Assembly: GCA_021846505.1 (NCBI GenBank)
Contig: JAJZWV010000008.1
Coordinates: forward strand, 11,276-75,275
DNA: 64,000 bases
Origin: Bacillota bacterium
GTDB lineage: Bacteria > Bacillota > Sulfobacillia > Sulfobacillales > JAIMBI01
Reading direction: 5' to 3'
The notes below the pieces were generated by a model. The model saw nothing but the letters and a program-made list of their open reading frames with translations, was not told where the DNA came from and searched no databases. The translations under genes were made by a program, and so were the position numbers. This document shows positions 1-12,374 of this stretch, in pieces. Numbering within the stretch: the stretch's first letter is position 1; every line of letters starts with the position of its first letter.

Positions 1-27
1 CCCTGATTGCGCGGGCGGTGGGCAGGC

Positions 28-1389
28 ATGTCTGACGCCATCCACCTGGAGCGCCGAGCGGTGCCGGACGGCACCGTCGCGGTGCCGGGCGACAAGTCCC
101 TCACCCATCGGGCGATTTTGCTGGGCGCGCTGGCGGAGGGGGTGTCCCGCATCGACAGCCCCTTGGACGCGGCCGACACGCGGGCCAGCGCGGCTGTGGC
201 GCGCGCGCTGGGGGCTCGGGTGGCCTGGCGAGAGGGCCAGGGCGCGACGGTGGAGGGCCATGGGGCGAGCGGGCTCACGGAGCCGTCGCAGCTGCTGGAC
301 TGCGGCAACTCAGGCACGACGCTGCGCCTGGCGGCTGGCATGGCCACCGGCCTTCCGGCCGGCGCGCTCACGGTGCTGACGGGCGATGCGTCGCTCCGCG
401 CGCGGCCCATGCGCCGCGTGGTGGATCCGCTCGCGCGGCTGGGGGCGCAGGCGTGGACGCGGGCGGCAGGCACGCCGCCGGTGGCCGTCCGCGGCGGCGG
501 AGTGACGGGCGGGGCGGTGGAGACGGCTGTGCCGTCGGCGCAGGTGAAGTCGGCGCTACTGTTGGCCGGCCTGCTCGGCCGCGGCCCGGTCAGAGTCGCC
601 GAGCGAGTGGCGACGCGGGACCATACGGAGCGCATGCTGGCGGCCATGGGGGCCCGCCTCGAGCGGTCCGGGCTGGCCACCACGGTGTTTCCCGGCCCTC
701 TGCGGCCGCTGGCGCACCGCATTCCCGGCGATCCGTCGTCCGCGGCCAACTGGTGGGTGCTGGCGGCCATCACTGGGGGCCGGCTGGTGACGCCGCACGT
801 GCTGCTGAACCCAGCGCGGATTGGGCTGTTGGCCGTGCTGCGGCAGGCCGGCGCGGAGGTGCACGCGGAGGTGGAAGACGAGGTGCCCGAGCCGGTGGGC
901 ACGGTGGCGGTCGCGCACCGGGGGCCGCTCTCCCCGATCCGCTGGGATCCGGCCGATGTGCCCACGCTGGTGGATGAAGTGCCGCTCGCGGCGCTGCTGG
1001 CCACCCAAGCGCACGGGCGATCCCGCCTGGACGGGCTGTCGGAGCTGCGGGTGAAGGAGACGGACCGCCTGCATGAAGTGGCGCGGGGCCTGTCTCTTTT
1101 GGGTGCCCAAGTCGTGGAGCACGCAGACGCCCTGGAGATTCTAGGGCCCACCCCGCTCCGGGGCGCCGCACTCGACAGCCACGGCGACCATCGCCTGGCG
1201 TTTGTGTGGGCGATTGCGGCGGCCATCGCGGAGGGGGGCGTCGACCTGCGGGGGGCCGCCGCGGTGTCGGTGTCCTACCCCGGCTTTTGGGAGGCGCTGG
1301 CCGGCACGGGCGCGGTGGCAGTCAGTCAAGTGCCCTCGGCGGCTGCCGCCGGCCCGTCTGAGCAAACAGGAAAAATCGGCCAGGCATGA
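28..1389 (+). CDS. aroA: 3-phosphoshikimate 1-carboxyvinyltransferase (EPSP synthase)
   Basis: N-terminal VAVPGDKSLTHRAILLGALAEG plus LDCGNSGTTLRL and VKETDRL motifs typical of AroA. ATG at 28 lies inside the 7..1389 ORF. Confidence 0.9.
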   Translation: MSDAIHLERRAVPDGTVAVPGDKSLTHRAILLGALAEGVSRIDSPLDAADTRASAAVARALGARVAWREGQGATVEGHGASGLTEPSQLLDCGNSGTTLRLAAGMATGLPAGALTVLTGDASLRARPMRRVVDPLARLGAQAWTRAAGTPPVAVRGGGVTGGAVETAVPSAQVKSALLLAGLLGRGPVRVAERVATRDHTERMLAAMGARLERSGLATTVFPGPLRPLAHRIPGDPSSAANWWVLAAITGGRLVTPHVLLNPARIGLLAVLRQAGAEVHAEVEDEVPEPVGTVAVAHRGPLSPIRWDPADVPTLVDEVPLAALLATQAHGRSRLDGLSELRVKETDRLHEVARGLSLLGAQVVEHADALEILGPTPLRGAALDSHGDHRLAFVWAIAAAIAEGGVDLRGAAAVSVSYPGFWEALAGTGAVAVSQVPSAAAAGPSEQTGKIGQA

Positions 1390-1464
1390 AGTGCGGATCA
1401 ATAGCCACACTGGGAGTGGAGCCGTGTGACCAAGACTCCGCGGCTACCTCCGGTTTCTCCTCTC

Positions 1465-1499
1465 GGACGGCCTATCCCCCGGTAGGCCGTCCTCGATTT
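1465..1499 (+). terminator. Intrinsic terminator-like hairpin after aroA
   Basis: 10-bp stem GGACGGCCTA/TAGGCCGTCC with an 8-nt loop, followed by TCGATTT. Confidence 0.55.
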
Positions 1500-1590
1500 G
1501 GCCGCGTGCACTTGCCCTCCCCGTGCGCTATGGTGGCCGGGCAGCCGAACAGCACACCGGCGAGCCGGCGTTTTGGGTAGGAGGCGCGAA

Positions 1591-2727
1591 GTGGCCGCAC
1601 GCATCACCGGCAGGCTGGCGCAGGTGGGGCGCATCTTGACCCCCGAGGGGTGGCGCACGGCGCGCATCGAGGCCGTGGGCGCCTCCATCTCAGCGGTGGT
1701 GCCCCTCTCGTTGGGCGCGGCAGCGGCCTTCGAGCTGCCGCGCGTGGTTCCCGGCTTCTTAGATCTGCACTGCCACGGCTCCGATGGCATCGATGTCATG
1801 GGCGCCGAGATGCCGGCCGACTGGGCTCATCTGTCTCATGGCCTGGCGAGCCACGGCGTCACAGGCTTTTTGGCTACGGTGATGACGGCACCGCGCGCGG
1901 AGATGTTATCCGTGCGGCCGCCGGTGGCCCTGGATGGCGCCGCGTGCCTGGGCGTGCACTGGGAAGGGCCGCATCTGTCGCGGGAGTGGGCGGGAGCCCA
2001 GCCGCCTGACGCGCTGCGCCGGCCCGATGTGCGCGAGCTGGAGAGCGCCTGGCGCACGGTGCCGCTGGTGCTGGCGACGGTCGCGCCCGAGCTGCCGGGC
2101 GCCTTGGACGCGATTCGCACCCTCTGCGCTCACGGCGTGCGCGTGAACCTTGGCCACAGTGGGGCCACCTATGAGCAGGCGGGCGAAGCTTTTGACGCAG
2201 GGGCCGACGGCGTCACCCACGCATTCAACGCCATGCCACCGTGGCACCACCGGCGCCCCAATCTGCTGGCCCGAGCCCTGGACACGCCGGGCGTTTGGAT
2301 TGAGGCGATTGTCGACGGCGTCCACCTGCATCCGGCGACCGTACGGCTGCTGCTGCGGGCGGCCCAAGGCCGCGTGGTGGCCGTGACGGACGCGAGTCGG
2401 CTGGCGGGCACGTCGGAATCCTCCGGGGACTTGGGCGGCCATCCCGTCGTGGTGCGCGGCGGCGCCGCATGGCTTGCCCATCAGCCGAACACGCTGGCCG
2501 CCAGCGTGCTGACGGCTGACCGCGGGGTCGCCAACCTACTGGCGTGGGGAGTGCCCTGGGAGGATGCCGTGCGGGCGTGGACCCAGGCCCCGGCCCTCCG
2601 CCTGGGCTTGGGGGAGCGCGGCCGCCTGGCCGTGGGGGCGCGCGCCGACTGGGTGGTGCTGTCGGAGGCGGTGGAGGTGCTGGAGACGGTCGTGGGAGGC
2701 CAGGTGGTTTTTCGGCGGGCCGGATGA
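1591..2727 (+). CDS. nagA: N-acetylglucosamine-6-phosphate deacetylase
   Basis: Motifs PGFLDLHCHG, NLGHSGATYEQ and THAFNAMP. GTG at 1591 is preceded by TAGGAGGCG. The upstream part of ORF 1498..2727 looks non-coding. Confidence 0.8.
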   Translation: MAARITGRLAQVGRILTPEGWRTARIEAVGASISAVVPLSLGAAAAFELPRVVPGFLDLHCHGSDGIDVMGAEMPADWAHLSHGLASHGVTGFLATVMTAPRAEMLSVRPPVALDGAACLGVHWEGPHLSREWAGAQPPDALRRPDVRELESAWRTVPLVLATVAPELPGALDAIRTLCAHGVRVNLGHSGATYEQAGEAFDAGADGVTHAFNAMPPWHHRRPNLLARALDTPGVWIEAIVDGVHLHPATVRLLLRAAQGRVVAVTDASRLAGTSESSGDLGGHPVVVRGGAAWLAHQPNTLAASVLTADRGVANLLAWGVPWEDAVRAWTQAPALRLGLGERGRLAVGARADWVVLSEAVEVLETVVGGQVVFRRAG

Positions 2728-2812
2728 CACAAGCGTGACAGCGGATCCACGATTCGGCATTGTGAAGGGAGCATTCTGACGCAGTGGCGAACGATGCGTG
2801 GAGGGGCTTTCA

Positions 2813-3364
2813 ATGGAGCGGTGTGGGCGGGGTGGCCACCAGCGGCGGCTAGGCGCCCTAGCGGCGGGCGCGGTCCTGGCCAGCGTGCTGGCTGGCTGCG
2901 GGCATGCGGGCGGCCCGGCGGTGAGCGGGCCCTCGCTTCGTGTGTTGACGCGCCGCGCCCAGTCGGAGCTTCGGCACATCGAGCCGAAGGCGGGACTGCG
3001 GATCGCGGTGCCGAGGTGGCTGCCTCCTGGCGGGAAGGTGGTGGATGTCATTCTGTCGGCGGCGGCGCTGCCCAACCACAACTCGGTGATGCTGGTGGCG
3101 TCGGCTCCGAAGGCCGGCGGGGGAGCCGTCCAAATTGTCGAAATGAAGCTCAAAGGCAGACCTGCCCACACGCGGGCCGTGCATGTGGGCGGCGTGACGC
3201 TGTATGAACAGTCGGCGGCCTCGTCCCTGGCCAGCCACGACGGCAGCGTGACCCGCCTGGGCCTCGCTGGCGGCGTGATGGTGGTGGTGGTCGGGGTTCA
3301 AGCTCCCGTCGCTCGGCTGGCCCACATTGCGGTCGCGATGCAGTCGAGGCCGGCGGGAGGGTAG
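2813..3364 (+). CDS. Putative lipoprotein of unknown function
   Basis: Signal peptide with lipobox (LAAGAVLASVLAGC). ATG at 2813 lies 6 nt after GGAGGGG. No confident family assignment. Confidence 0.5.
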   Translation: MERCGRGGHQRRLGALAAGAVLASVLAGCGHAGGPAVSGPSLRVLTRRAQSELRHIEPKAGLRIAVPRWLPPGGKVVDVILSAAALPNHNSVMLVASAPKAGGGAVQIVEMKLKGRPAHTRAVHVGGVTLYEQSAASSLASHDGSVTRLGLAGGVMVVVVGVQAPVARLAHIAVAMQSRPAGG

Positions 3365-3442
3365 GTCGCCGCTCGCGAGGCACACAAGCGTCGGGCTGTC
3401 CGCTGGATCCACGGCGGGCGCGCGCGTCGTTCCCGCTTCTTT

Positions 3443-3475
3443 CCCATAATTCTTATGGGCTTCTTTCTCTATAAT
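3443..3475 (+). promoter_or_regulatory. Candidate dnaK promoter (-10 TATAAT at 3470-3475) overlapped by the inverted repeat CCCATAA-N3-TTATGGG (3443-3459)
   Basis: Perfect 7-bp inverted repeat sits where a -35 element would be, and a consensus -10 hexamer follows. About 125 nt upstream of dnaK. Confidence 0.35.
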
Positions 3476-3600
3476 GTGGATGGGGCCGCCAAGTTTGCCG
3501 GGTCTGGTGCGGGCGGCGGCACGATTGATTCCTGCCCGTTGCCCATACTATATTGGGGCTCGGACGCGATACAGGGTGCGCCAGTGGAGGGCCGTAAGAC

Positions 3601-5511
<1,911 letters not shown>

Positions 5512-5632
5512 GGCGCCGTGAGCAAAGTGAGGTGGGCGCCGGGCGCCGATGCCGCCGCAGGGGGGAGGCGGCAGGAACTCTAGCCGGCGGGGTACACTGA
5601 AGCCATCCGGCTTCACCGAAGGATGACAGGGC

Positions 5633-8302
5633 ATGTCGCAGGATCTTCCTCCGCAGTGGACGACGAAAGCCGCGGCGGCGCTCACGGGCGCGGAGAAGCT
5701 GGCGCGGGCGCAGGGCCAGCAGGTGGTGGGCCCCCAGCACCTGCTGGCCGCACTGCTGGGTGAGCCGGAGGGCATTCCGTCGGCGGTGCTGGGACAGCTG
5801 GGCATCGACGCGGCGCAAATCGCGGCCGCCGCCAAGTCCGCAGCCGCCGGCGCGCCCCCAGGGCGCGGGGGCGGCCCCGGCGTGGTGCCCGATGCCGCCC
5901 TGCGGCGGGTGCTGGACCAAGCGGCCCAGCAGCAGCAGCGCTGGGGCGACGACTATCTGTCCACGGAGCACCTGCTGTGGAGCTTGGCGAGCGCCCCGTC
6001 GCTCGCTGCGGAGCAGCTGGCAGCGGTGGGCGCGACGCCTGAGCGCCTGCAGGACGCCATTCAATCCATGCGAGGACCGCATCGGGTCACGGATCAGGAT
6101 CCTGAGCTCAAATATCAGGCACTGGCGCGTTATTGCCAAGACCTCACGGCACTGGCCGCCGAGGGCCGCGTGGATCCCGTCATCGGCCGGGACGCAGAAA
6201 TCCGGCGGGTGATGCAGGTGCTGTCCCGGCGCACCAAAAACAATCCGGTGTTGATTGGCGAGCCGGGCGTGGGCAAGACCGCCGTGGTGGAGGGCCTCGC
6301 GCAGCGCATCGTCGACGGGGACGTGCCCGACGGGCTCAAGGACAAGCGGGTGCTGGCACTGGACTTAGGGGCGCTCGTGGCGGGGGCCAAGTATCGAGGG
6401 GAGTTTGAGGACCGCTTGAAGGCCGTGCTGGCTGAAGTCCACCAGCGGGCGGGCGCCGTGATTCTCTTCATCGACGAGGTGCACACCCTGATGGGGGCGG
6501 GGAGGACCGAGGGGGCTATGGACGCGGCCAACCTGCTGAAGCCCGCCCTTGCCCGAGGCGAGCTGCGGGCAGTGGGAGCGACGACGGCCGACGAGTACCG
6601 GCAGTACATTGAAAAGGACGCGGCGCTGGAGCGGCGCTTCCAGCCGGTGCTGGTCGAGGAGCCCAGCGTCGAAGACACGGTGGCCATCCTGCGGGGCCTG
6701 CGCGAGCGCTACGAGCGCCATCACGGAGTGCGCATTCGGGATGCCGCGCTGGTGGCAGCGGCGGAGCTGGCGGCCCGGTACATCAGCGGCCGCTATCTGC
6801 CTGACAAGGCGATCGACTTGATGGATGAGGCGGCCGCCCAGCTGCGCGTCGAAATGGACAGCGTGCCCGAAGTCCTCGACGCTTTAAACCGTCAGCAGAT
6901 GCATCTCGAGATTGAGCGTGCGGCGTTTGAGCGAGACCCAGAGGCGGGGACGCCTGAGCGGCGCCGCGAGTTGGCAGCGGCGCTGGCCAACCTGTCCGAG
7001 GAGCGAACGGCCCTGCAGGCCCGCTGGGAGCACGAGAAAGCTTTGCTGCGGCGTGTGGGGAGCCTGAAGGCTCAGATCGAAGATGCCGAGCTGGAGGAAA
7101 CACGGGCCGAGCGGGCCACCGATTTGGCGCGCGCCGCCGAACTGCGGTACGGGGTCGTTCCGGGGCTCCGCCGCGAGCTCGCGGACGCGGTGCACGCCCT
7201 GGAAGGCCCGGCGGGGTCAGGGGCGCGCCTGCTCCGGCAGGAGGTGGCTCCCGATGACGTGGCCCAGGTGGTGGCCCGCTGGACTGGCATTCCCGTGACC
7301 CGCCTGCTGGCGACCGAGCGCCAGAAGCTACTGTCGCTGGAGGAGCAGCTCGCCCAGCGGGTGGTCGGTCAGGAGGGCGCAGTCACCGCAGTGGCGCGGG
7401 CGGTGCGCCGATCGCGTGCGGGGCTGTCGGACCCGCGGCGGCCCCTGGGCTCGTTCCTGTTTCTCGGGCCCACCGGCGTCGGGAAAACCGAGCTGGCCAA
7501 GGCGTTGGCGGAGCTGCTGTTTGAGCGCTCGGAGGCGCTGACTCGCATCGACATGAGCGAGTACATGGAGCAGCATGCCGCGGCCCGGCTGGTGGGGGCG
7601 CCGCCGGGCTACGTGGGGTATGAGGCGGGCGGCCAGCTTACGGAGGCGGTGCGCCGGCACCCGTTTGCTGTGGTGCTGTTTGATGAGGTGGAAAAGGCGC
7701 ACCCAGAAGTGTTCAATATCCTGCTGCAGGTGCTGGACGACGGGCGCCTGACAGACGGCCAGGGCCGGACCGTCGACTTTCGCCACGCGGTGCTGATTTT
7801 TACGTCGAATCTCGGGAGCGACGTGATTCTGGAGGAAGACGACCCCGAGCGGCGGCGCGCCCTAGTCATGGAGCGCCTGGCGCGCACGTTTCGGCCGGAG
7901 TGGCTGAACCGGCTGGATGCGGTCGTGCTGTTCGAACGCCTCGGCCGCGCCGAGTTGCGAGCCGTGGCGCAGCGCCAGGTGGCAGAGATGGCAGGCCGCC
8001 TTCGCCGCCAGTCCGTCGAGCTGGTCGTGGGCGACGGCGTGTTCGAGTGGCTGATCGACCGAAGCTACAGCCCTCAGTATGGTGCCCGCCCCCTGCGGCG
8101 CACCATCGACCGAGAGATCGCCGATCCCTTGGCCCTGAAGGCGCTGGAGGCTGACTGGCGGCCCCGCGAAGTGGTGCACGTCTCGGTGGGGGCCGATGGC
8201 CTGCAGCTCGAGCGCCGGCCGGCACCGGCTTCAGCTCCGCCTCCAGCCACGCCCGCCGAGCCAGCCGAGGCCGAGCCAATACACCCCCGCGCCGGCCGCT
8301 AG
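5633..8302 (+). CDS. clpB: ATP-dependent chaperone/disaggregase ClpB
   Basis: Clp N-domain repeats, two AAA+ modules (GEPGVGKT and GPTGVGKTE Walker A), and a long coiled-coil middle domain. 889 aa. Confidence 0.95.
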   Translation: MSQDLPPQWTTKAAAALTGAEKLARAQGQQVVGPQHLLAALLGEPEGIPSAVLGQLGIDAAQIAAAAKSAAAGAPPGRGGGPGVVPDAALRRVLDQAAQQQQRWGDDYLSTEHLLWSLASAPSLAAEQLAAVGATPERLQDAIQSMRGPHRVTDQDPELKYQALARYCQDLTALAAEGRVDPVIGRDAEIRRVMQVLSRRTKNNPVLIGEPGVGKTAVVEGLAQRIVDGDVPDGLKDKRVLALDLGALVAGAKYRGEFEDRLKAVLAEVHQRAGAVILFIDEVHTLMGAGRTEGAMDAANLLKPALARGELRAVGATTADEYRQYIEKDAALERRFQPVLVEEPSVEDTVAILRGLRERYERHHGVRIRDAALVAAAELAARYISGRYLPDKAIDLMDEAAAQLRVEMDSVPEVLDALNRQQMHLEIERAAFERDPEAGTPERRRELAAALANLSEERTALQARWEHEKALLRRVGSLKAQIEDAELEETRAERATDLARAAELRYGVVPGLRRELADAVHALEGPAGSGARLLRQEVAPDDVAQVVARWTGIPVTRLLATERQKLLSLEEQLAQRVVGQEGAVTAVARAVRRSRAGLSDPRRPLGSFLFLGPTGVGKTELAKALAELLFERSEALTRIDMSEYMEQHAAARLVGAPPGYVGYEAGGQLTEAVRRHPFAVVLFDEVEKAHPEVFNILLQVLDDGRLTDGQGRTVDFRHAVLIFTSNLGSDVILEEDDPERRRALVMERLARTFRPEWLNRLDAVVLFERLGRAELRAVAQRQVAEMAGRLRRQSVELVVGDGVFEWLIDRSYSPQYGARPLRRTIDREIADPLALKALEADWRPREVVHVSVGADGLQLERRPAPASAPPPATPAEPAEAEPIHPRAGR

Positions 8303-9775
8303 CGCCACCCCCACCGCTTGCCAATCCGGCAAGGCGGCCGACAGCGCACGAACTAGCGCCGGCCACAGCACCGCTGCCGGCATCACCGCCAGCGCGGGGG
8401 CGGCCGCGCCCGACAGCAGGAAGGGGTGCCGGCCGAATCGCCGCACCGCAGCCGTCGCATTCAGCACTGCGGCGATCCCCAGCCCGCCCGCGATGGCCCA
8501 CACCATCACGTGAGGGCCGAGGACGGGCCGGCTGCCGAGCCAGAAAATGGCCGCCATCTCCAAGACCGCCGCCAGGGCATCGTGGTACAGCGGAGTGCCC
8601 ATTCGGCCGAGCCCCCGCAGGCCGCCGGCCAGGACAATGTTGAAGTTCATGGCGAAGGCGCCCAGCACCAAGGGGTGAAACAGCCCGGGGTCCAGGTGTG
8701 TGGCAAACAGCAGGTGGCTGGCGCGGGGCCCCAGCACCCACAGCAGGCCCGTGACGGGGCAGCACCACTGCGCGGTGACGGTGAGGGCCCGGCGCATTTG
8801 GGCCGCCTGCCGCTCGGGCTGCCCTTGGTCGGCCGCGATGGCTGGCACCAAGTTGGTGGCTAGAGCAAAGCTCAGGGCGCTGGGGAAAAAGACGAGGGGC
8901 ATGACCATGCCCGCCAGCTGCCCAAAAAGGCTGACGGCCGCCACGCGCGTCATCCCCCCGGCCACCAGCAAGCGGGGAATCATGGCGGCTTCCACCAGCG
9001 CCATGCCGGACGAAAGCAGCCGGCCCAGGGTCACGGGGGTGCCCAGGCGCAGCAGGCGGGCCGCTAGGGTACGCAGACGCACCGGATGCGGCCGGTCGGC
9101 GGGACCTTCCGCCGCCATTCGCTGAAAACCCCACAGCATCAGCACCAAGCTGGCCACCTCGCCCAGGGGAATGAGCACCACGGCCGCCAGCGGGCCGCGC
9201 GGCACCCACAGGGCCGGCGCACCGGCTGCCAGCAGGCCCAGCAGGCCCAACCGCGTGACTTGCTCCACGACTTGGGCCGCGGCGGGCACGCGCATGCGCT
9301 GGCGGCCGAAGTACAGGCCGCGGAGAGGGGAGGACAAGCCGACCGCCACGACGGCGGGGGCAATCAGCGCCAGCATGGGGGCGAGGCGCCGGTCGTGGTA
9401 CAGCACTGCGGCCAGCGGAGCGGCGGCGGCCATGAGCCCCAGCGCGAGCGGGACGGCCAGCGCGCCCCCGAGCAGCAGCGATGCCCGCCCCAGCCGCCTG
9501 ACGTCTTGGCGCCCCTCCGCAACCATCTGAGAGACGGCCACCGGCATGCCGCCCGCGACGATGGTGACTAGGGTCAGGTACAATGGAAACACCATTTGAT
9601 AGAATCCAAGTCCCTGGGCCCCGAGATATCGGGCCAAGAGCAGGCGATAGACCAGCCCGAGGCCCCGCGACAGCAGCGCGGCGGCGGTGAGGGTCAGGGT
9701 GCCCCGCCACCAGCGCTCCACCTTGGACAGCGGCCAGTCCCCCCCGGACACGCTATGTGGGTGGCGCGGCACCAT
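8231..9775 (-). CDS. spoVB: Stage V sporulation protein B-like MOP/MurJ-family flippase
   Basis: N-terminus [51 protein letters not shown] aligns with B. subtilis SpoVB from memory. Multi-pass membrane protein. Start uncertain (TTG 9784, ATG 9775 or GTG 9721). Confidence 0.75.
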   Translation of the reverse strand: MVPRHPHSVSGGDWPLSKVERWWRGTLTLTAAALLSRGLGLVYRLLLARYLGAQGLGFYQMVFPLYLTLVTIVAGGMPVAVSQMVAEGRQDVRRLGRASLLLGGALAVPLALGLMAAAAPLAAVLYHDRRLAPMLALIAPAVVAVGLSSPLRGLYFGRQRMRVPAAAQVVEQVTRLGLLGLLAAGAPALWVPRGPLAAVVLIPLGEVASLVLMLWGFQRMAAEGPADRPHPVRLRTLAARLLRLGTPVTLGRLLSSGMALVEAAMIPRLLVAGGMTRVAAVSLFGQLAGMVMPLVFFPSALSFALATNLVPAIAADQGQPERQAAQMRRALTVTAQWCCPVTGLLWVLGPRASHLLFATHLDPGLFHPLVLGAFAMNFNIVLAGGLRGLGRMGTPLYHDALAAVLEMAAIFWLGSRPVLGPHVMVWAIAGGLGIAAVLNATAAVRRFGRHPFLLSGAAAPALAVMPAAVLWPALVRALSAALPDWQAVGVALAAGAGVYWLGLGWLGGRGWRRS

Positions 9776-9836
9776 GACTGGCAAGCCGGGGCTGGGTCAG
9801 AAAAGGGGGGCGCGAGTGCCCCGGGGAGGCGATGGC

Positions 9837-10550
9837 ATGCGGCGGTGGCTAGTGGGTGTGGGGCTGGCGGCCTTGTTCGTCTGGTCGGCGGTGCAGGTCG
9901 TGAGCTTTTACCGAGAACATTGGACGGACGTGGTGCGGCTTCCGGCGATTGCGGCCGCATCCATGAAGCGCCACCGGGCGGAGCCGCTGGCACTGCCGGC
10001 CGTCTCCCCCTGGTTCCTGAAAGCGCTGATCGCGACGGAAGACCGTACGTTTTACACCAATTTGGGTGTGTCGGTGCAGGGGATTGTCCGGTCGTTCTGG
10101 GTGGACATGATGAAAGGCACGTATGCCCAGGGAGGCAGCACCCTTACCCAGCAGCTGGTGCGCGACCAGGTGCTGACGACCCAGAAAACGTTTCGGCGGA
10201 AGCTGTCGGAGGCACTGCTGGCCCTGGCCGTGACGGCCCGCTATCCGAAGCCGGAAATTTTGGACCTGTACGTGAACCAGGTGTACTTGGGCAACGGCTA
10301 CTGGGGCATAGGGCGAGCCGCGCAGGGCTACTTCGGCACATCCGCCAGCCGGCTCTCGCTGGCGCAGGCGGCTGTGCTGGCGGGCCTGCCCCAAGCACCC
10401 TCGGCACTGGACCCGCTGGTGCACCGCCAAGCCGCGCGCCGCCGCGAGTGGGCGGTCCTGTCCAATCTGGTGGCGGTGCACGCGCTCACCTGGCAGCGCG
10501 CCCATCAGGTGTACCGCATGCCGCTCCACTTGGTGCACGCCCACCGCTGA
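9837..10550 (+). CDS. Monofunctional peptidoglycan glycosyltransferase (GT51)
   Basis: Single N-terminal TM segment, then GT51 motifs ATEDRTFYTNLGV and GGSTLTQQLV, with no transpeptidase domain. ATG at 9837 follows GGGAGG. Confidence 0.8.
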   Translation: MRRWLVGVGLAALFVWSAVQVVSFYREHWTDVVRLPAIAAASMKRHRAEPLALPAVSPWFLKALIATEDRTFYTNLGVSVQGIVRSFWVDMMKGTYAQGGSTLTQQLVRDQVLTTQKTFRRKLSEALLALAVTARYPKPEILDLYVNQVYLGNGYWGIGRAAQGYFGTSASRLSLAQAAVLAGLPQAPSALDPLVHRQAARRREWAVLSNLVAVHALTWQRAHQVYRMPLHLVHAHR

Positions 10551-10565
10551 GGGCGGCGTCTCACC

Positions 10566-10596
10566 GTATATGGCTGGCGTCTGTCCGGGAATGCTG
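10566..10596 (+). promoter_or_regulatory. Possible forespore-type (sigmaF/sigmaG-like) promoter for gpr
   Basis: GTATA-N16-GGGAATGCTG, about 35 nt upstream of the gpr start. Resembles the GTATA / GGnnAnAHTR consensus as I recall it. Weak. Confidence 0.3.
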
Positions 10597-10628
10597 GGAC
10601 AGGCAGTCACGTTTGGGAGAGGTCAGCC

Positions 10629-11591
10629 GTGGAATTTCAGGCAGTGGATGTGCGGACCGACATGGCCGTAGAGGCCCGCGAGCTAGTCCGCGGAGGATCC
10701 CGCCGGGATGTGCCTGGGGTGCACGTCCAGGAAGACCGGCGGGAAGGCATTCTGGTCACCCGGGTCAAAGTGGCGAGCGATGAGGCCGCTCGTTTGATGG
10801 GCAAGCCGCCGGGGCATTACATCACGGTGGATGTGCCGCAGTTCAAGGATCGCGACAGCGAGCTGCGCGACCGGGTGACCGATACGCTCGCTGAGATGCT
10901 GATCCCGCTGCTGGCACGCACCGCAGGCGAGCACGTCTTGGTCGTGGGGCTGGGCAATTGGAACGCGACGCCCGATGCGCTGGGCCCACGCGTGGTGGAC
11001 CGCCTGCTGGTCACGCGCCATCTGGATGCGGTCGTGCCCGAGGACATTCGGCGGCGCATGCGCCGGGTGTCGGCCGTGGCACCCGGCGTGCTGGGCACCA
11101 CCGGCATTGAGACCGTCGATATCATTCGCGGCATCGTTCGCGAGGCTCGCCCGGATCGCGTGGTGGCCGTGGACGCGCTCGCGGCCCGCAGCCCGGCGCG
11201 GCTGGTGGCGTCAGTGCAGGTGGCGGACACCGGCATCCACCCCGGGTCCGGAGTGGGCAACCGGCGAGAGGGCATCACCGAAGAGACGGTCGGGGTGCCG
11301 GTCATTGCGATTGGGGTGCCCACCGTGGTGCTCGCCGCCGGGATGGTGTGGGAAGTGGTGCGCCGCGCCGCCGCGACGCTCAAGGACGAGGCTTTGTTCC
11401 ACCGCGCGTTTGCGGAAATGGCGCAAGATGACCAGCGGCGCTTGATCGATGAGCTGATGGAGCCGGAGCTGGGCAACTTGATGGTGACGCCCAAAGAAAT
11501 CGATCTCCTCATCAACGACATGGCCGATGTGTTGGCCGAAGCGCTGAATCGTGCGCTGCAGCCGGACTTGGACCGGGCCGAGTGGGCTTAG
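10629..11591 (+). CDS. gpr: Germination protease (GPR endopeptidase)
   Basis: VRTDMAVEA, VVGLGNWNATPDALGP, GIETVDII, DALAARS, ADTGIHPGSGVGN and NLMVTPKEID match B. subtilis Gpr along its full length. Confidence 0.9.
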   Translation: MEFQAVDVRTDMAVEARELVRGGSRRDVPGVHVQEDRREGILVTRVKVASDEAARLMGKPPGHYITVDVPQFKDRDSELRDRVTDTLAEMLIPLLARTAGEHVLVVGLGNWNATPDALGPRVVDRLLVTRHLDAVVPEDIRRRMRRVSAVAPGVLGTTGIETVDIIRGIVREARPDRVVAVDALAARSPARLVASVQVADTGIHPGSGVGNRREGITEETVGVPVIAIGVPTVVLAAGMVWEVVRRAAATLKDEALFHRAFAEMAQDDQRRLIDELMEPELGNLMVTPKEIDLLINDMADVLAEALNRALQPDLDRAEWA

Positions 11592-11610
11592 GCGGTGAGG
11601 GGCAAAAGAA

Positions 11611-11632
11611 ATGGACGGCTTGCGCCGTCCAT
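11611..11632. terminator. Hairpin between convergent gpr and SASP genes
   Basis: 9-bp stem ATGGACGGC/GCCGTCCAT with loop TTGC. The T-rich run (TTCTTTT) is on the minus-strand side, so it mainly terminates the SASP gene. Confidence 0.6.
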
Positions 11633-11689
11633 TGAGAAGGAGTCCAGATTCGGACCGGTGCGCGAAGCGTGGCAGACGCGAGAGTCGAG

Positions 11690-11911
11690 CTAGTGGCTGC
11701 GGCCAGCCAGCTGCTGCTCGGCCATCTCAATCATCTTCCGGACCATGTGGCCCCCGACGGCGCCACACTGCCGGGCCGGAACATCGCCCCAGTAGCCGTC
11801 GTCCGCGCCGGAGATCCCGAGCTCGTGGGCCAGCTCATACTTGAACTGGTCGAGCGCCTTTTCGGCTCCCCGCACCAACGCGCGGTTGCCGGTGTTGCTT
11901 CCTTGCGCCAT
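11690..11911 (-). CDS. Alpha/beta-type small acid-soluble spore protein
   Basis: 73 aa. SNTGNRALV..A.ALDQFKYE.A.ELG and PARQCGAVGGHMVRKMIEMAE are hallmark SASP motifs. GGAGGTGAGG SD. Confidence 0.9.
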   Translation of the reverse strand: MAQGSNTGNRALVRGAEKALDQFKYELAHELGISGADDGYWGDVPARQCGAVGGHMVRKMIEMAEQQLAGRSH

Positions 11912-12000
11912 TCTTCCTCACCTCCTACGCTGCTAGTGTTTCCGACGGCTCGGTACCTACCCGCGGAAACGCTTGACGTTTCATCCACTTGGTGTGGGGC

Positions 12001-12240
12001 CTACCGGCCCGCACGGCGCGTGCCGCTGCGGCCGGCCAGCGACTCCTCCGCCATTTCGATCATCTTGCGCACCATGTGGCCGCCCACTGCGCCGCACTGC
12101 CGGGCCGGCAAATCGCCCCAGTAGTTGTCGTCAGGAACTTGCACTCCGATGTCGCGTGCGGCCTCGTATTTGAAATTGTCCAGCGCGCTTTCGGCGCTGC
12201 GCACCAGCGCCCGGTTGCCGGTGTTGCTGCCTCGTGCCAT
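12001..12240 (-). CDS. Alpha/beta-type small acid-soluble spore protein (second tandem copy)
   Basis: 79 aa starting at the internal ATG 12240 (MARGSNTGNRALV...), preceded by GGGAGGTGA. Same SASP motifs as the neighbouring copy. Confidence 0.9.
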   Translation of the reverse strand: MARGSNTGNRALVRSAESALDNFKYEAARDIGVQVPDDNYWGDLPARQCGAVGGHMVRKMIEMAEESLAGRSGTRRAGR

Positions 12241-12270
12241 GTCTGTCACCTCCCAAACTTGTGATGGGGG

Positions 12271-12300
12271 TAGTGTCCCGTGGCCTCTCGCGAATATGCT
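12271..12300 (-). promoter_or_regulatory. Possible sigmaG-like promoter for the second SASP gene
   Basis: Minus strand reads AGCATA-N17-GACACTA. The ACACTA element recurs upstream of the other SASP gene (plus-strand 11933-11939). Partial match to GHATR/CATxxTA. Confidence 0.3.
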
Positions 12301-12374
12301 TGCCGGGGCGGGGCGGCGCATGGGGCCCAGTGGAATCGCTGGCCGGCCGTTGGTGCGCCTGCCACGCAGCTGCA

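Noticed and set aside
3365-3600. Searched for CIRCE (HrcA) or HAIR (HspR) operators upstream of dnaK.
   Set aside because: Neither consensus is present. Only the CCCATAA-N3-TTATGGG inverted repeat was found, and it is reported separately with low confidence.
7866-9710. 614-aa ORF on the minus strand, extremely Arg/Pro/Gly/Ala-rich.
   Set aside because: It lies out of frame over the well-supported spoVB-like gene and the clpB 3' end. The composition is typical of high-GC shadow ORFs, and it has no motifs.
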